DNA of 64,000 nucleotides from Rhynchopus sp. YZ270_cl-10 (taxonomy: Eukaryota): positions 1,178,001-1,242,000 of the forward strand of contig OZ037836.1 in the NCBI GenBank assembly GCA_964035575.1. The letters are read 5' to 3'. Under the pieces are notes generated by a model that saw nothing but the letters and a program-made list of their open reading frames with translations, did not search any database and was not told the DNA's origin. Below are positions 12,597 to 22,912 of this stretch, in pieces (positions within the stretch are counted from its first letter, which is position 1; each line of letters starts with the position of its first letter). The translations under genes and the position numbers were made by a program.

Positions 12597-13664
12597 TCAT
12601 TGTGCGTGTCTCTGTCGCTTCTGGCTTTGCTCGGGGGATTCGTCTCTGCTTCGTTTCGGACGTGCTTCAACCACAAGCTTCCTCAGCTTGCCGTTCCTCA
12701 CTTCGTTGGACACAACACTGCTGCAGCCTGAAAGGTAAATGCTCGTCAACGAAGTGCAGTGCGCAGCAAAATGCGAAATATTAGAATAAATGTTCAAACG
12801 AATATGCGTCACATTGCTTAGTGGTGATAAATCTAGGGATGCTAAGTTGCTGCAAAACTGAAGGAACCACGCACCAACCTGCGTCACATTGCTGAGTGGT
12901 GATAAGTCGACGTTGGTTAAGCTGCTGCAGCCGCAAAGAAAGCTGTCACCAATCCGCGTCACGTTGCTGAATGGTGCTAAATCCAGGATCGTTAAGCTCT
13001 TGCAGTTCTGAAGGAAGCCCTCACCAACCTGCGTCACATTGCTGAGTGGTGGTAAAAAGATAGTGGTTAAGCTCTCGCAGCCGGAAAGAAAGCTATCATT
13101 AATCGACGTCACATTGCTGAGTGGGGATAAATCCAGGGTCGTTAAGCTGCTGCAGTTCTGAAGGAACCACACACCAACCTGCGTCACATTGCTCAACCCA
13201 GAGATGTCGATACTTGTCAACGAGGTGCAGTTGTACAGGAAGCTGTTTCCAATGCGAGTCACAATGGACTCAGCACTGAGATCAAGTCTCGTCAACGAAG
13301 TGCGTGCCAAGAACCCAATCGGAATGACAGTCGCAACCTCCGCCTGCAGAAGCAAACACGCCACCTCAGGATCCCTCACACTCTTCAACTTCTCGGCTGT
13401 GATGTCGGTCTCACCCAACGCATGAAGCTCTGCAATGGCTTCGTACTTCTGCGACGCCTTCGTGAGGATGATTGTGTCACCAGCACTCAGCTGCGTCATG
13501 TCCGCTCCTTCTCCCATCGCTTCGCCTCCGAAACTCATGCAAAAGCTGTCTTCAGGCAACCCCACTGCAGTCGCCACCTTCTGCCGCATCACCGCAAGTG
13601 TGTCATCCTCACCCAGCTCGACCGTATGCTTCACTCCGTTCAACCCCTTGATAGTCAAATCCAT
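12597..13664 (-). CDS. UBL + 25-aa LRR protein with basic C-terminal NLS-like tail (copy 2, most repeats among copies 1-10)
   Basis: Intact ORF: beta-grasp-like N-terminus, LTTLDLSPLSNVTQVGxxFLxxCxS repeats, RPKRSR-x8-KRQR tail. An upstream in-frame ATG exists at 13685. Confidence 0.9.
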   Translation of the reverse strand: MDLTIKGLNGVKHTVELGEDDTLAVMRQKVATAVGLPEDSFCMSFGGEAMGEGADMTQLSAGDTIILTKASQKYEAIAELHALGETDITAEKLKSVRDPEVACLLLQAEVATVIPIGFLARTSLTRLDLSAESIVTRIGNSFLYNCTSLTSIDISGLSNVTQVGVWFLQNCSSLTTLDLSPLSNVTSINDSFLSGCESLTTIFLPPLSNVTQVGEGFLQNCKSLTILDLAPFSNVTRIGDSFLCGCSSLTNVDLSPLSNVTQVGAWFLQFCSNLASLDLSPLSNVTHIRLNIYSNISHFAAHCTSLTSIYLSGCSSVVSNEVRNGKLRKLVVEARPKRSRDESPEQSQKRQRHAQ

Positions 13665-15013
13665 ATTTGTGTCGCTCTGTATCATAGGTAACGGAGGGTG
13701 ATGGTGATGTGGAGAAGGTGAGGAGGTGTGGGGGAAATAAACAAGAGTTTCTTTTGTTTTAGGCCTCGAGCATGGTCATGCACGGATTCGGGTGTTTGCA
13801 CGATGGCGAAGCAATGGGAGGTACATGGAATACTATAGTTCCATATAACATTACATGTCTTGATGGGATCATCCGCAAAGATGGGACATAGTTACATTTT
13901 CATTTTTCATTAGGAATTCATGTACTTTTTGCAGAGTATAAATATTCCCCTACGCCGTCTGCTTTAATCGTATGCAACGAAATAAAGGTGGGCAAGAGAG
14001 AGGAGCCTAGGGGGAAGTGTTCCACTCTTGAGTATCAGGTGGATCGTCACCAAGCACGTACCGCAGAAACGTACGTTGTACCAAGAACCATCGCCAATGG
14101 AGGGGGTGGGTGCGAAGGTTGTTCTGTCCTGAATCCCGAGCTTTTCGCACGCAAATAGTCTTTTCACTAGCCTTCAAACGCTCTGCCCTATGTGCATGAC
14201 CACTCTTGCAGCAAGACGAACACTCTTTCGGCAGAAGGTCTGATTCAAAGAAGACTTGGTGAAGCAGGGTGGGGAACAATTCTGCGATTTGTTGTTGAGA
14301 ACTGCGAGGCGAAATAACATTGTTCTCGGGGTGTGGTGGGGAGCGGCTGGTTGCATGACGGGGTCATAACAGGTCCAAGCATCCTTGGAACATCGGGGGT
14401 GCCGATCACACCTACGAACCAGCAGTGGAGGATACGACACACACTGCGCGAGAGTGTCAGCCAAGCGCTGGCCCCTTGGCAACCGCGAAGTGCAAGGCGG
14501 ACTCGAGAAGTCATTTGCAGACAGCACATCTCACGCCTGGATGTGGCAGCTCTTCCGTGTGCAATAAGCTGGCCTCACTCCAAGAATGAAAAATTAAAAT
14601 ATAAGAATGTCCCGTCTTTCCGGATCATCCCCATCAAGATATCAAGAAGTACCCCAAACACTATCCCCCCTTGTAGAACTTGTGTGGATGTTATCATCAG
14701 CTTGTACCCCTTTTATTACTCAATCGTACACGATGTATCACATGATTTTGCCTTATCTGAGCTGCTTGGTGGTGTTGGTTGTTTCACTACCACCAAACTT
14801 CACTAAACACCACCAAACTTTAGGCAAAATCAGGTGTTGGTGCATGTAATATTACATGCTACATGTAACGTTACGTGAGGTCTGGTCTGGGTGTGAGTAG
14901 GGGCTTTGGTGGGACACGGTCAATATTATCCGAACCAGAGGACGCAAGCAGACATACTGCCAGAGACCCTCCACCTCGGGGAGGCGCTGCCCTGCCACCA
15001 ACACACCACGTCG

Positions 15014-15928
15014 TCATTGTGCGTGTCTCTGTCGCTTCTGGCTTTGCTCGGGGGATTCGTCTCTGCTTCGTTTCGGACGTGCTTCAACCACAAGCTTACT
15101 CAACTCGCCGTTCCTCACTTCGTTGGACACAACACTGCTGCAGCCGGAAAGGTAAATGCTCGTCAACGAAGTGCAGTTCTCAGCAAATTGCGTATTATGA
15201 GTAAAAATATTCAGACGAATATGCGTCACATTACTTAGTGGGGATAAATCCAGGGTTGTTAAGCTCCTGCAGTTCTGAAGGAAGCTCGCACCAACCTGCG
15301 TCACATTGCTGAGTGCTGATAAATCGATAGTGGTAAAGCTCTCGCAGCCGTCAAGAAAGCCATCATTAATCGACGTCACGTTCCTGAGTGGGGATAAATC
15401 CAGGGTCGTTAAGCGACTGCATAGCCCAAGGAAGCCCTCACCAACCTGCGTCACATTGCTCAACCCAGAGAGGTCGACACTTGTCAACGAGGTGCACTCT
15501 CCCAGGAAGCAGTCTCCAATGTGAGTCACAATGGACTCAGCACTGAGATCAAGTCTCGTCAACGAAGTGTCCGACAAGAAGTAATGCGGAATGACAGTCG
15601 CAACCTCCGCCTGCAGAAGCAAACACGCCACCTCAGGATCCTCCACACTCTCCAACTTCTCGGCTGTGATGTCGGTCACACCCAACGCATGAAGCTCTGC
15701 AATGGCTTCTTGCTTCTGCGTTTTCGTGAGGATGATTGTGTCACCAGCACTCAGCTGCGTCATGTCCGCTCCTTCTCCCATCGCTTCGCCTCCGAAACTC
15801 ATGCAAAAGCCGTCTTCAGGCAACCCCATTGCAGTCGCCACCTTCCGCCGCAAGTCCTCCACTGTGTCATCTTCACCCACCTCGACTGTGTGCTGATTCG
15901 TGTCGAAACCCTTGATGTTCAGGTCCAT
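15014..15928 (-). CDS. UBL-LRR family copy 3 (304 aa)
   Basis: Intact ORF, same architecture, MDLNIKG N-terminus. Confidence 0.9.
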   Translation of the reverse strand: MDLNIKGFDTNQHTVEVGEDDTVEDLRRKVATAMGLPEDGFCMSFGGEAMGEGADMTQLSAGDTIILTKTQKQEAIAELHALGVTDITAEKLESVEDPEVACLLLQAEVATVIPHYFLSDTSLTRLDLSAESIVTHIGDCFLGECTSLTSVDLSGLSNVTQVGEGFLGLCSRLTTLDLSPLRNVTSINDGFLDGCESFTTIDLSALSNVTQVGASFLQNCRSLTTLDLSPLSNVTHIRLNIFTHNTQFAENCTSLTSIYLSGCSSVVSNEVRNGELSKLVVEARPKRSRDESPEQSQKRQRHAQ

Positions 15929-16837
15929 GTCTTTGTTGTGGTTTTGTGTTCTGATCTCTGTGTGTGGTGGTGGTGTGTGCAGTCCTTTTCAAGAACCATG
16001 CAATATCATCCTCAACACAACGCAACAACGGAACAAACAAGAATGCGATCTCGAAAGCCTTGTATGAGCACACATCATACGCACAACACCTTCGCTTTGC
16101 TGTCACTACATCGAAGGTGCAGGCTGTCCGCACCAGAGCAGTTGCTGTGAATCTGGGAAAGCTCAAAGGGGAGAGTGATGGGGCATTCACGTCGCACTTC
16201 GCAACACCAAGCCCCGGGTACGTCATGCCATCGTGCGGGAGGTGTTCCGCAAGCTGCAGCACCGCACAAGAACGTGCCACCCACGTCTCCATCTTGTTCG
16301 TGCCTGAGCAGGTCTGTGCTGCCCTCTTCTACCCGCAAGACCAGTATCCGGAGGACTGGCACTCAGCGTACGCCCCAAGCACAGCAAAGCGCATCCTCCC
16401 CCCTGAGTCCCCCCAGTCACACCATCAAGTGAAAGCACGATATCAGTGCATCAGAGCACACAACGGAAGCCACTCGCCTCCGTCATCACACCTTACACCT
16501 CTTCGTGCAAAGCTACCAAGAAGACAGTGAAAGACCACGTGGTGTCAACGAGTTCAGAATGATGAAGTACAGAAAAAAAAGGGGGTTGGGCGTGGAGGTA
16601 CGTTGTAATGAACAAGACATGGGTTTTTGTGGGGATTCTTTTGCAGCACAGAGTAAAATAACACAATGTGTGGAACGTCTTGCTCAGCAGAGCTGTCCTC
16701 TCGCACCAAGTAGTAGTCTGTGCCACGGTGAGCAAGACTGTGGCCCTCTTCTTCTCCGAACCAGAGGACGCAAGCAGACATACTGCCAGAGACCCTCCAC
16801 CTCGGGGAGGTGCTGCCCTGCCACCAACACCACGTCG

Positions 16838-17755
16838 TCATTGTGCGTGTCGACGTCGCTTCTGGCTTTGCTCGGGGGATTCGTCTCTGCTTCGTTTCGG
16901 ACGTGCTTCAACCACAAGCTTACTCAGCTTCTTGTCCTTCCTCACTTCGTTGGACACAACACTGCTGCAGCCGGAAAGGTAAATGCTCGTCAACGAAGTG
17001 CAGCGCGCAGCAAAATGCGTATTCTGAGTAAAAATATTCAGACGAATATGCGTCACATTGCTGAGTGCTGACAAATCCAGGGTCGTTAAGCTGCTGCAGT
17101 TCTGAAGGAAGCTCGCACCAACCTGCGTCACATTGCTGAGTGATGATAAATCGATAGTGGTTAAGCTCTCGCAGCCGTCAAGAAAGCTATCATTAATCGA
17201 CGTCACGTTCCTGAGTGGGGATAAATCCAGGGTCGTTAAGCTCCTGCAGTTCTGAAGGAACCACACACCAACCTGCGTCACATTGCTCAACCCAGAGAGG
17301 TCGACACTTGTCAACGAGGTGCACTCTCCCAGGAAGCAGTCTCCAATGTGAGTCACAATGGACTCAGCACTGAGATCAAGTCTCGTCAACGAAGTGCCTG
17401 ACAAGAAGTTATCCGGAATGACAGTCGCAACCTCCGCCTGCAGAAGAAAACACGCCACCTCAGGATCCCTCACACTCTCCAACTTCTCGGCTGTGATGTC
17501 GGTCACACCCAACGCATGAAGCTCTGCAATGGCTTCGTACTTCTTCGTCTTCGTGAGGATGATTGTGTCACCAGCACTCAGCTGCGTCATGTCCGCTCCT
17601 TCTCCCATCGCTTCGCCTCCGAAACTCATGCAAAAGCTGTCTTCAGGCAACCCCACTGCAGTCGCCACCTTCTGCCGCATCACCACAAGTGTGTCATCCT
17701 CACCCAGCTCGACCGTATGCTTCACTCCGTTCAACCCCTTGATAGTCAAATCCAT
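16838..17755 (-). CDS. UBL-LRR family copy 4
   Basis: Intact ORF, MDLTIKG N-terminus (upstream ATG at 17776). Confidence 0.9.
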   Translation of the reverse strand: MDLTIKGLNGVKHTVELGEDDTLVVMRQKVATAVGLPEDSFCMSFGGEAMGEGADMTQLSAGDTIILTKTKKYEAIAELHALGVTDITAEKLESVRDPEVACFLLQAEVATVIPDNFLSGTSLTRLDLSAESIVTHIGDCFLGECTSLTSVDLSGLSNVTQVGVWFLQNCRSLTTLDLSPLRNVTSINDSFLDGCESLTTIDLSSLSNVTQVGASFLQNCSSLTTLDLSALSNVTHIRLNIFTQNTHFAARCTSLTSIYLSGCSSVVSNEVRKDKKLSKLVVEARPKRSRDESPEQSQKRRRHAQ

Positions 17756-18236
17756 ATTTGTGTCGCTCTGTATCATAGGTAACGGAGGGTGATGGTGATG
17801 TGGAGAAGGTGAGGAGGTGTGGGGGAAATAAACAAGAGTTTCTTTTTTTTTTTTTTTTTTGGGGGGATGCGTCCAATGGAAATCACGTCAGTAGTCTAGA
17901 ATGTAGGTTTTATTATTTTGGCCTCGAGCAGGGTCGTGCACGGATTCAGGGTTTTTGGGAAATGTGGGGTCATGATGTCATTCCATTCACAGCGTCGACC
18001 TCCACCACACCAAAAACCACACACTTTTTGGGGTCTACCATATTCTGCGCAAGAATTACCCCCCGTTCATCAGATTCACGCTCCACCTTTATCACTTTTA
18101 TCACTCCAGCAGCACAAAAGTGTCACTTGTCGTTCCCTCACCCCCCTTCTTGTAGTTGTTTGATGCGTTGACGCTTCCACACGACGTGACACTTTTTGCT
18201 CACAAAGTAGTGTGCGTAAAAAAAAAAAGAACGCCC

Positions 18237-18647
18237 CTAGACCCTCTCGGTGAGACACATCACTGCAACATTAATTGAAAGCGTGACAAGGAAGACTGCT
18301 AGCGCCACCGGGACACCGAGGACCTGTATGTCATACTCAGGGACGTTAGCGGGGAAGTACGTTCCCCCGTAGGTGGCCCGGGTAAGGGCAGCGAAGACAA
18401 AGCCGGTAGGTTCGATACTAAGGAGCATTGCCGCGTGGCGCACAGATGGGTATGGGGCTGCGAGCATCCACACCACGTACGCGGACAGTGCAACATTGCA
18501 GGCCAGCTGCCAGACAATGTGGAAGCGGGCGTGCGGCTCAATTGTCTCGTTCCAGACGTGTGTGGCGTTCAATTCCGCACCCAAATTAAACAGCACCGTA
18601 AACACTGCCACCCCCATCAACACAAAACGGCTTTGTTGGATTAGCAT
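18237..18647 (-). CDS. Small multi-pass membrane protein, DUF6640-like (136 aa)
   Basis: ATG at 18647; about four hydrophobic segments; ELNATHVWNETIEPHARFHIVWQ resembles the N-x-TH-x2-N-x3-PHA(R/K)FH motif. Confidence 0.65.
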   Translation of the reverse strand: MLIQQSRFVLMGVAVFTVLFNLGAELNATHVWNETIEPHARFHIVWQLACNVALSAYVVWMLAAPYPSVRHAAMLLSIEPTGFVFAALTRATYGGTYFPANVPEYDIQVLGVPVALAVFLVTLSINVAVMCLTERV

Positions 18648-19354
18648 TTTAGGGTTTTTATCTGAAAAAATATTTGGAAAAAAAATGGGTCGCGGGGGGG
18701 AGAATGAAGGCGAGGCGCAGCAAAAAATAAAGTGAAGTTGATAGTGCAAAACGCCCCTGGGACGCAGGCACTGACACTCCGCGGGTATCTTCAGAAACAA
18801 AAGAAAGTTTTATAAGATGACCCTAAGACTCTCATTTGCTTAGTCACCTTCGTCACATTCGTTATCGCACAGCATCAGCTGCGCTGGTTTCCACCACTCT
18901 GTCGGCAGGGATGACGTCTTTTCCCCAGCCGGAGCTCGAAAATTTTTGGACAAAAACAAAGCTGCAAACCCACAGGCTTGGGTGGGGGCTGTGGTGTGTG
19001 GAAAGGCAAAAAAAAAGGGGGGGAAGAAAGCGGGGAAACAACTATAGAGTATGGTGGTATCCTCAAACATTTTGTCCTTGACATAATCTAAAAAGAAATA
19101 TCTAATTTTGGTTAACCACGCAGAAAAGGTAGTGGCTGAAATACAAAGCCCGCTCGTGACAGTGTACCTTGGTACAGTGCTACATCCATTTCGTGGTTTA
19201 CATCTGAAAAATGCACAAAACACGCAGTACAGGAGTTTGACCCTCATCCACATATCTCCCATCTGCACACTGCGGACTTTTTCAACGAAGCCGTTTCCTC
19301 CCCCTCTCCTCCGTTTCCTGTCGCCCCACAGTCTCGGTGCTGTTAAATGCGGCC

Positions 19355-20280
19355 TATGGTGGGCTGGTCTGCAAGCTCGGAAGACTGCACAGATGATCAA
19401 AAGGTGTCTGTCAAAATCCATAGACAGCGTGCAATGCAACCCGCTGTCAAGACTCTGATCAAGCGGGAACCGACATAGTTTCTTTTGCTCAGCTTTCCCT
19501 CCCCCCATCCCCCCATCCCACTTCATTCCCCACAATGCGGAGTTGTTCTCTGCAGAGTCTTCCGAAGGAGCGCCTTGCAGTCTGCCAGGCTCAACCCCCC
19601 TGCCCCTGTGCTCTCTGCCAGGTAGAGGAGGTAGGGAAGGTTCGGGAAGTGTGTGCGGTCGTGCTGGTGATGCGGCTTGTGGTCGGCTGGTCTGCAAGCT
19701 CGGAAGACTGCACAGATGATCAAAAGGTGTCTGCCAAAATCCATAGACAGCGTGCAATGCCAAAACTCTGCTCAAGCGGGAACCGAAATAGTTTATTTTG
19801 CTCAGCTTTCCCTCCCCCCATCCCCCCATCCCATTTCATTCCCCACAATGCGGAGTTGTTCTCTGCAGAGTCCTCCGAAGGAGCGCCTTGCAGTCTGCCA
19901 GGCTCAACCCCCCTGCCCCTGTGCTCTCTGCCAGGTAGAGGAGGTAGGGAAGGTTCGGGAAGTGTGTGCGGTCGTGCTGGTGATGCGGCTTGTGGTCGGC
20001 TGGTCTGCAAGCTCGGAAGACTGCACAGATGATCAAAAGGTGTCTGCCAAAATCCATAGACAGCGTGCAATGCCAAAACTCTGCTCAAGCGGGAACCGAA
20101 ATAGTTTATTTTGCTCAGCTTTCCCTCCCCCCATCCCCCCATCCCATTTCATTCCCCACAATGCGGAGTTGTTCTCTGCAGAGTCCTCCGAAGGAGCGCC
20201 TTGCAGTCTGCCAGGCTCAACCCCCCTGCCCCTGTGCTCTCTGCCAGGTAGAGGAGGTAGGGAAGGTTCGGGAAGTGTGT
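19355..20280. repeat. 313-bp tandem repeat, ~3 copies
   Basis: Near-identical units; equivalent ORF positions 19829/20142 and 19744/20057 differ by 313. Confidence 0.92.
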
Positions 20281-21717
20281 GCGGAAGTGTGCGGTCGTGC
20301 GCAGTGCCCTGCGAAAGGCGGTGCTGGTGATGCGGCCTGTGGGTGGCTGGTCTGCAGCTCGGAAGGCTGTGCGTAGATGGTCAAAGGTTGCTGTTAGATA
20401 CTCCTCAACAGGGTCGGGGACGATGCAAATTTCTGTCATATCAGTTCCGCAGTCGCGTGTCATCTTTGCATCTTCCCCCTCTTTATCATCCACCCGGCCA
20501 GGAGTACCCCCTGGAGTAGAATACCGATCACGACGCAACCCTGCACCCATTGCGTGTGAATGGGCATCGTGGGTGTGAGGATGTGTTGTATGAAAAGAGG
20601 CGTCTCGGGGTGTCTTCTGTACATCCGTAGAAAGCCTGTCCCCTGCAGACCCACCCCCTGGGGTGAGAGGGGTGTCTTGAGGGGATTCTCGAGGGGATGT
20701 ATGTCCTGCGGTGTGCGGTCTGTTCACTGTGTCTCGGGGAGACTCTGTGGTTGGGAACAAAAAATGGACGCTTTTGAGGTCTTGTGGACTTCTGGTAGGA
20801 TAGGTGGGTTCCACATCATCTGTGCGAGACATGTCACGTCCTTCCACTCCTGCACTGCAGGAAGGGCACCATGCACGCTCAAGGAGCTGCGCTTCACGCA
20901 CCGTAAGGCGTTGTTCCCAGTTGGTAAGAGACTGTTCACGTTCTTGCAGACGGTGTGCTTTGTCTGCTAGATAAGCATAGCCTCTGCCGGAGACCTGAGC
21001 GGAGATTGCTGAGCGGAGTTCGGTGATTTCTGCTTCAGCGGCGAGAAGCCGGAGGGTGGTGTCGGTGTGGGCATGTGTCACATCATGAAGAACATCGTCT
21101 CGGGGTGTCTGCTGCGCACCCTCTCCATCCTCCACCCGGCAAGGAGCACCACCTGGAGTGCCTGCTCCACCCTGATAGCGTTCACGCAACCCACCCATTG
21201 CGTGCCCGCGATGTGAGTGGATATGATGCGCTGCATGAAAATCGTTGCCTCGGGGTGTCTTCTGTGCCTCTTTCGCAATCCTTGCAATGCCCCCTGCAGA
21301 CCCACCCCCTGGGGTGAGAGGGGTGTCTTTTCTTTGAGGGGATTCTCTCTGTCGCCCTTCAGAAATTCTGTCTGCGCTTTCTGGACGCAAAGTACCAGTA
21401 TGAGACGGAAGGTCATGAGAGGTAACAGCCTGGGGACACCCACGGGAAGTTGGGGTCAGTTGTGTTGCATGATCGGCGTGAGCATCGGGGAGGGAGTGCA
21501 CAACGGACTGATGCGGGGGTGCAGGGAATGACGAGGACTCCGAAAGAACCGTTGCAGGGTCCCTCTGTGACGCTGCCCGACCATGAATGGATGAGTGCTG
21601 CTGTCGAGACTCCAGAGCGTCGATTCTGCGTTCCAGATGCGAAGCAATGCCTGAAGAAGAAGGAAGAGGTGAACCACAAGTCAACGCAAAAGACATCGGA
21701 TACGTCGATGTGTGCAC
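20149..21717 (-). CDS. Low-complexity protein with coiled coil, internal repeats and degenerate C-terminal EF-hand-like pair
   Basis: 522-codon frame; repeated DTPLTPGGGSAG..QKTPR..TPGG motifs; LRTAFRAADQPPTGRITSTAFRRAL and ESTGAGGLSLADCKALL. Start and exon structure are uncertain. Confidence 0.5.
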   Translation of the reverse strand: MHTSTYPMSFALTCGSPLPSSSGIASHLERRIDALESRQQHSSIHGRAASQRDPATVLSESSSFPAPPHQSVVHSLPDAHADHATQLTPTSRGCPQAVTSHDLPSHTGTLRPESADRISEGRQRESPQRKDTPLTPGGGSAGGIARIAKEAQKTPRGNDFHAAHHIHSHRGHAMGGLRERYQGGAGTPGGAPCRVEDGEGAQQTPRDDVLHDVTHAHTDTTLRLLAAEAEITELRSAISAQVSGRGYAYLADKAHRLQEREQSLTNWEQRLTVREAQLLERAWCPSCSAGVEGRDMSRTDDVEPTYPTRSPQDLKSVHFLFPTTESPRDTVNRPHTAGHTSPRESPQDTPLTPGGGSAGDRLSTDVQKTPRDASFHTTHPHTHDAHSHAMGAGLRRDRYSTPGGTPGRVDDKEGEDAKMTRDCGTDMTEICIVPDPVEEYLTATFDHLRTAFRAADQPPTGRITSTAFRRALRTTAHFRTHFPNLPYLLYLAESTGAGGLSLADCKALLRRTLQRTTPHCGE

Positions 21718-22912
21718 GTTACGCTTCTTCTTTTGAAACTTAACAAAAATAAAAAAAATAAAAAAAAGGGGGAGCGTGCTGCCGAAAGAGCTTCTACCCT
21801 TCAGAACGCCAGTTTGACATAATCTGTTGTGAATGAAATGATCAGCTCTTGTGTTGAATTCTGGAGATAAATACTTTTGTGTGTAAGGTGTCTGTGATGT
21901 AGGAGGGGCTAGGGGTCTGGGTGGGGGTAATTCGCGTATTCGAGAAGAAGTGTGGTGGGGGGAGTGAAGGAAAAATAATGAAGTTCTGGGTGGGGATTCT
22001 TTTGCAGCACAGAGTAAAATAACACAATGTGTGGAACGTCTTGCTCAGCACAGCTCTCCTCTCGCACCAAGTAGTAGTCTGTGCCACGGTGAGCAAGACT
22101 GTGCCCCTCTTCTTCTCCGAACCAGAGGACGCAAGCAGACATACTGCCAGAGACCCTCCACCTCGGGGAGGTGCTGCCCTGCCACCAACACACCACGTCG
22201 TCATTGTGCGTGTCTCTGTCGCTTCTGGCTTTGCTCGGGGGATTCGTCTCTGCTTCGTTTCGGACGTGCTTCAACCACAAGCTTCCTCAGCTTGCCGTTC
22301 CTCACTTCGTTAGACACAACACTGCTGCAGCCGGAAAGGTAAATGCTCGTCAACGAAGTGCAGAACGCAGCAAAATACGTAGCTCCAAAACCGCAGCACG
22401 TAGACGTTACGTTGCTGAGTGGCGACAAATCTAGGGTTGTTAAGCTCCTGCAGTTGGAAAGGAACCACGGACCAACCTCCGTCACGTTGCTGAGTGGTGA
22501 TAAATCGATGGTGGTTAAGCTCGTGCAGTCAGAAAGAAAGCTGCGATCAATCTGCGTCACGTTGCTGAATGGTGATAAATCCAGGGTTGTTAAACTCCTG
22601 CAGTACTCAAGGAAGCACATTCCAACCTGCATGACATTGCTCAACCCAGAGAGGTCGATACTTGTCAACGAGGTGCACTCTGCCAGGAAGCTGTCTCCAA
22701 TGCGAGTCACAATGGACTCAGCACTGAGATCAAGTCTCGTCAACGAAGTGCGTCCCAAGAAGCAATTCGGAACGACAGTCGCAACCTCCGCCTGCAGAAG
22801 CAAACACGCCACCTCAGGATCCTCCACACTCTTCAACTTCTCGGCTGTGATGTCGGTCACACCCAACGCATGAAGCTCTGCAATGGCTTCTTGCTTCTTC
22901 GTCTTCGTGAGG

